Source of the DNA: Cyanobium sp. NIES-981
Lineage (GTDB): Bacteria > Cyanobacteriota > Cyanobacteriia > PCC-6307 > Cyanobiaceae
Length of the DNA: 64,000 bases
Reading direction: 5' to 3'
NCBI GenBank assembly: GCA_945901765.1
Contig: CAMDLO010000001.1
Location: 39,740-103,739, forward strand
Below the pieces are notes generated by a model. It saw only the letters and a list, made by a program, of their open reading frames with translations. It made no database searches and was not told the DNA's origin. Below are positions 60,718-64,000 of the stretch, one piece after another. The first letter of the stretch is position 1; each line of letters opens with the position of its first letter. The position numbers and the translations under genes are program-made.

Positions 60718-61862
60718 CGGCGCTTCTTCGCCCAGGGCGGCAGGTCGATGAACACGCGGGTGCCGGTGTTGATGCCGGAGATGATCTGGGTGTCCTTGCC
60801 GCCGCTCAGGCCCAGCTCCACCGGCTGGAAGCGGGGCTGACGGTCACGATCCACCAGCAGCACACCCGGCTGGCCGTTCTCGGTCACGATCGCCACCGTG
60901 GGAACGAGGGTCTGGGCCTGCACCCGACCGGTCTGGAAACCGACGTCGGCTGTCATGCCGATCCGCAGCTCAGGCTGGGGATCGACAAAGCGCAACGACA
61001 CATCGAAGGAGGTGACGTTGTTGAGCTTCACAGCCCGGGGGGTGATCCGCTTCACCCGGGCGGCGAAGCGGCGGTCTGGAAAGGCGTCAACCCGCACGCT
61101 GGCCCCCTGGCCTTCACGCACCCGGCCGATATCGCTTTCAGGCACCTTGGCCACCACTTCCAGCCCGCGCGAGAGCTCCACGATCGAGGAGCTGGTGGCA
61201 CCGGCGGTGGCAGAGGCTGTGGTGGTGGGGGTGACAAAGGCGCCTGGGTCGGCGAAGCGCTGGGTGATCACCCCGGCGAAGGGAGCGCGCACGATCAGGT
61301 CGGCGCTCTCCACCCGGCGGGCCTCCAACCGCTCCCGGGCAGCCCGCACGGCCATCGCATCGACCTGGTAGGCGCTGCGCACGGTGTTGAAGTCACTGAG
61401 GCTGATGGCGCTCTCGCGGAACAACCTCTCGTTGCGATCCAGTTCACTGCGGCTGCGGACCAGCACGGCCTCGGCCGAGCGCAGGTTGGCCTGCAGTTCC
61501 GCCAGCCGCTCCCGCAGATCGTTGGCATCCATGCGGGCCAGAGGCTGTCCCTTGCTGACCTGGTCGCCCTCCACCACGTAGAGCTCCTCGATCACGCCCT
61601 GGCGCTTCGGGCTCACGTTCACCCGCTGCTCCGCCTCCAGCTCGCCCGACACATTCACCACGCCGGGCAGATCGCCGGAGCGGGCCACCACGGTGTAGGG
61701 ATCCAGGCTGGCCTGGGCAGTGGCGCCGCGCTGACGCTGCCAGGCGATGGCGCCGCCCGCGGCGACGGTCACCAGCAGCAGCCCGGCCCAGAGCCGACGG
61801 CGACGCCACAGGGGCCGCGCGGCCGGGCCGCCACCTGCGGTTGCCGACGCGGCGGGCGGCAA
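60714..61862 (-). CDS. Efflux transporter periplasmic adaptor (HlyD/MFP, DevB-like)
   Basis: N-terminal TM segment, a lipoyl-like G.I..L.V.EGD.V.KGQ.LA.MD, a coiled-coil hairpin, and APF.GVIT. TTG track start. Confidence 0.85.
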   Translation of the reverse strand: MPPAASATAGGGPAARPLWRRRRLWAGLLLVTVAAGGAIAWQRQRGATAQASLDPYTVVARSGDLPGVVNVSGELEAEQRVNVSPKRQGVIEELYVVEGDQVSKGQPLARMDANDLRERLAELQANLRSAEAVLVRSRSELDRNERLFRESAISLSDFNTVRSAYQVDAMAVRAARERLEARRVESADLIVRAPFAGVITQRFADPGAFVTPTTTASATAGATSSSIVELSRGLEVVAKVPESDIGRVREGQGASVRVDAFPDRRFAARVKRITPRAVKLNNVTSFDVSLRFVDPQPELRIGMTADVGFQTGRVQAQTLVPTVAIVTENGQPGVLLVDRDRQPRFQPVELGLSGGKDTQIISGINTGTRVFIDLPPWAKKRR

Positions 61863-62008
61863 CGGCGCGGGCCGGCCATTGCCGCTGAGCGGGGCCGCCG
61901 GCCGGTGTGGCGCGAGGTCGGGCTGGGGAGAATTGGAAATCGGTCTGACGGTCAGTCCACCCAGTCTCGCCGCTAGGAGGGGCCACCGGCGGCCCGTAGA
62001 TTCTCAGC

Positions 62009-63100
62009 ATGCTCAAAGCCGGAATCGTCGGGTTGCCCAACGTGGGCAAATCGACCCTGTTCAACGCTCTGGTGGCCAACGCCCAGGCCGAAGCCGCCAA
62101 CTATCCCTTCTGCACGATCGAGCCGAACTCGGGCGTGGTGGCGGTGCCCGACCCGCGGCTGGATCAACTGGCCGTGTTGAGCTCCAGCAAGGACATTGTG
62201 CCCACCCGGGTGGAATTCGTGGATATCGCCGGTCTGGTGAAGGGGGCCAGCCAGGGGGAGGGGCTGGGCAACAAGTTCCTGGCCAACATCCGCGAAGTCG
62301 ACGCGATCGTGCACGTGGTGCGCTGCTTCGAGAACGATGACGTGATTCACGTCAGCGGCTCGGTGGGGCCAGCGCGCGACGCCGAGGTGATCAATCTGGA
62401 GCTGGGCCTGGCCGACCTGGCCCAGGTGGAGAAGCGGCGGGAGCGGCTGAAGAAACAGGTGCGCACCAGCAAGGAGGCCCAGTCGGAGGATGGGGCGCTC
62501 GAGCGGATCCAGGCCGAGCTGGAGGCCGGAGGGGCAGCTCGCACCGTGAGCCTGAGTGACGAGGAGGCCGCGATGGTGAAGCCCCTGGGGCTGCTCACCG
62601 CCAAGCCGATCATCTACGCCACCAACGTGAGCGAGGACGATCTGGCATCAGGCAACGCCCACTGCGAGGAGGTGGTGGCCCTGGCGAAGCAGGAAGGAGC
62701 CGGCACGGTGCGGATCTCAGCCCAGGTGGAGGCCGAGCTGATCGAACTGCCGGAGGAGGAGCGCGCCGAATTTCTGGCGGGTCTGGGGGTGGACGAGGGC
62801 GGTCTGCAGAGCCTGATCCGGGCCACCTATGCCCTGCTGGGCCTACGCACCTACTTCACCACCGGCGAGAAGGAAACCCGTGCCTGGACGATCAAGGCCG
62901 GCATGACCGCCCCGCAGGCTGCCGGCGTGATCCACACCGATTTCGAACGGGGCTTCATCCGCGCCCAGACCATCGGCTACCAGCAACTGCTGGAGGCCGG
63001 CTCCCTGGCAGAGGCTCGCAACAAGGGCTGGCTGCGGGCGGAGGGCAAGGACTATGTGGTGGCCGAGGGCGACGTGATGGAGTTTCTGTTCAACGTCTGA
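62009..63100 (+). CDS. ychF: Ribosome-binding ATPase YchF
   Basis: [37 protein letters not shown] and C-terminal DGDV..F.FNV. Confidence 0.96.
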   Translation: MLKAGIVGLPNVGKSTLFNALVANAQAEAANYPFCTIEPNSGVVAVPDPRLDQLAVLSSSKDIVPTRVEFVDIAGLVKGASQGEGLGNKFLANIREVDAIVHVVRCFENDDVIHVSGSVGPARDAEVINLELGLADLAQVEKRRERLKKQVRTSKEAQSEDGALERIQAELEAGGAARTVSLSDEEAAMVKPLGLLTAKPIIYATNVSEDDLASGNAHCEEVVALAKQEGAGTVRISAQVEAELIELPEEERAEFLAGLGVDEGGLQSLIRATYALLGLRTYFTTGEKETRAWTIKAGMTAPQAAGVIHTDFERGFIRAQTIGYQQLLEAGSLAEARNKGWLRAEGKDYVVAEGDVMEFLFNV

Positions 63101-63120
63101 GAGCCCGACCAGACCGGTGG

Positions 63121-63999
63121 TCACGGAATCAGGTCGTCAAGGCCGTGGGCCAGCCCATGGCGGTTGCACCAGGCCACCACGGTGTTCACCAGCAGCATGG
63201 TCACGGTCATCGGCCCGACCCCCCCGGGCACCGGGCTGATCGCCGCAGCCAGCGGGTCCACCTCCTCCTGACGCACGTCTCCGCAGAGGCCGGTTTCGGT
63301 GCGATGAATGCCCACATCCACCACCACCGCGCCGGCCTTCACATGAGCGGCGCCGATCAGCCGCGGCCGGCCTGCCGCAACGACCAGCACATCCGCACTG
63401 CGGGTGAGTGAGGCCAGGTCGGCGGTACGGGAATGGGCCACGCTCACCGTGGCATCAGCCGCCTGCAGCATCAGGGCCATCGGCTGGCCCACCAGGATGC
63501 TGCGGCCCACCACCACGGCACGCCGACCGCTGAGCTCCACGCCGTGGCGAGCCAGCAGGGCCATCACACCGGCGGGGGTGCAGCTGCGGGGGCCAGGCTC
63601 CCCCTTGAGCAGCCGGCCGAGGTTGAGGGTGTGCAGGCCATCGGCATCCTTGTCAGGATCAATTGCCGCCAGCAGCGGCCCCTCCTCGAGACCCGCGGGA
63701 AGGGGCAACTGCAGCAGGATGCCATCGCAGGCGGGGTCGGCATTGAGGTCTCGGATCGCCGCCAGCACCGCCGCCGGCGACGTTTCGGCGGGCAGATGGC
63801 TACCCAGGCTGGTGATGCCGACCCGGGCACAGGCTTTTTCCTTGTTCGCCACGTAGACGCCGCTGGCCGGGTCGTCACCCACCCGCAGCACCGCCAGGCC
63901 GGGGGCGCGACCGACAGTAGGTAGACGGGCGGCGATGCACGACCGCAGGCGCGCTTCCAGCTCCGCAGCGAGCTGCTTGCCGTCGAGGCGGATGGCCAT
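63121..63999 (-). CDS. folD: Bifunctional methylenetetrahydrofolate dehydrogenase/cyclohydrolase
   Basis: [33 protein letters not shown] and [10 protein letters not shown]. Confidence 0.95.
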   Translation of the reverse strand: MAIRLDGKQLAAELEARLRSCIAARLPTVGRAPGLAVLRVGDDPASGVYVANKEKACARVGITSLGSHLPAETSPAAVLAAIRDLNADPACDGILLQLPLPAGLEEGPLLAAIDPDKDADGLHTLNLGRLLKGEPGPRSCTPAGVMALLARHGVELSGRRAVVVGRSILVGQPMALMLQAADATVSVAHSRTADLASLTRSADVLVVAAGRPRLIGAAHVKAGAVVVDVGIHRTETGLCGDVRQEEVDPLAAAISPVPGGVGPMTVTMLLVNTVVAWCNRHGLAHGLDDLIP

Positions 64000-64000
64000 G

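Overview
Dense, high-GC chromosomal segment (for example, line 29461-29520 is 44/60 G+C by hand count). Gene content points to a picocyanobacterium of the Synechococcus/Cyanobium type: psaF-psaJ, petC-petA, ctaCDE with divergent ctaA-ctaB, ndhB, vipp1, an HLIP gene, ycf46-like, cyAbrB and a GGM-tailed groEL. I call about 66 protein genes, one tRNA-Val(CAC), two rho-independent terminators and several short tandem or inverted repeats. I saw no rRNA, CRISPR array, transposase, integrase or phage genes. The ORF track uses ATG/GTG/TTG starts and longest ORFs, so many N-termini were trimmed to conserved starts. Many adjacent genes are joined by 1-4 nt start/stop overlaps. Almost all of the window is ordinary core genome, and I do not see a convincing multi-gene novel system such as a defence island. 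The items most worth a second look are: (1) the lower-GC left edge, where a serralysin-like metzincin tail faces a secreted protein with eleven glycines at exact i+4 spacing plus a Trp/Gly-rich block; (2) a sharp GC trough (hand-counted 38-45 % lines) confined to ctaD, weaker in ctaC; (3) a 490-bp AT-richer, repeat-laden non-coding tract between tRNA-Val and an mqo-like gene; (4) contiguous 16-bp x5 and 13-bp x4 tandem arrays in 3' intergenic positions; (5) a two-TM/PH-domain gene in the yidD slot of the rpmH-rnpA-yidC string. All functional calls rest on motif recognition by eye and need database confirmation.
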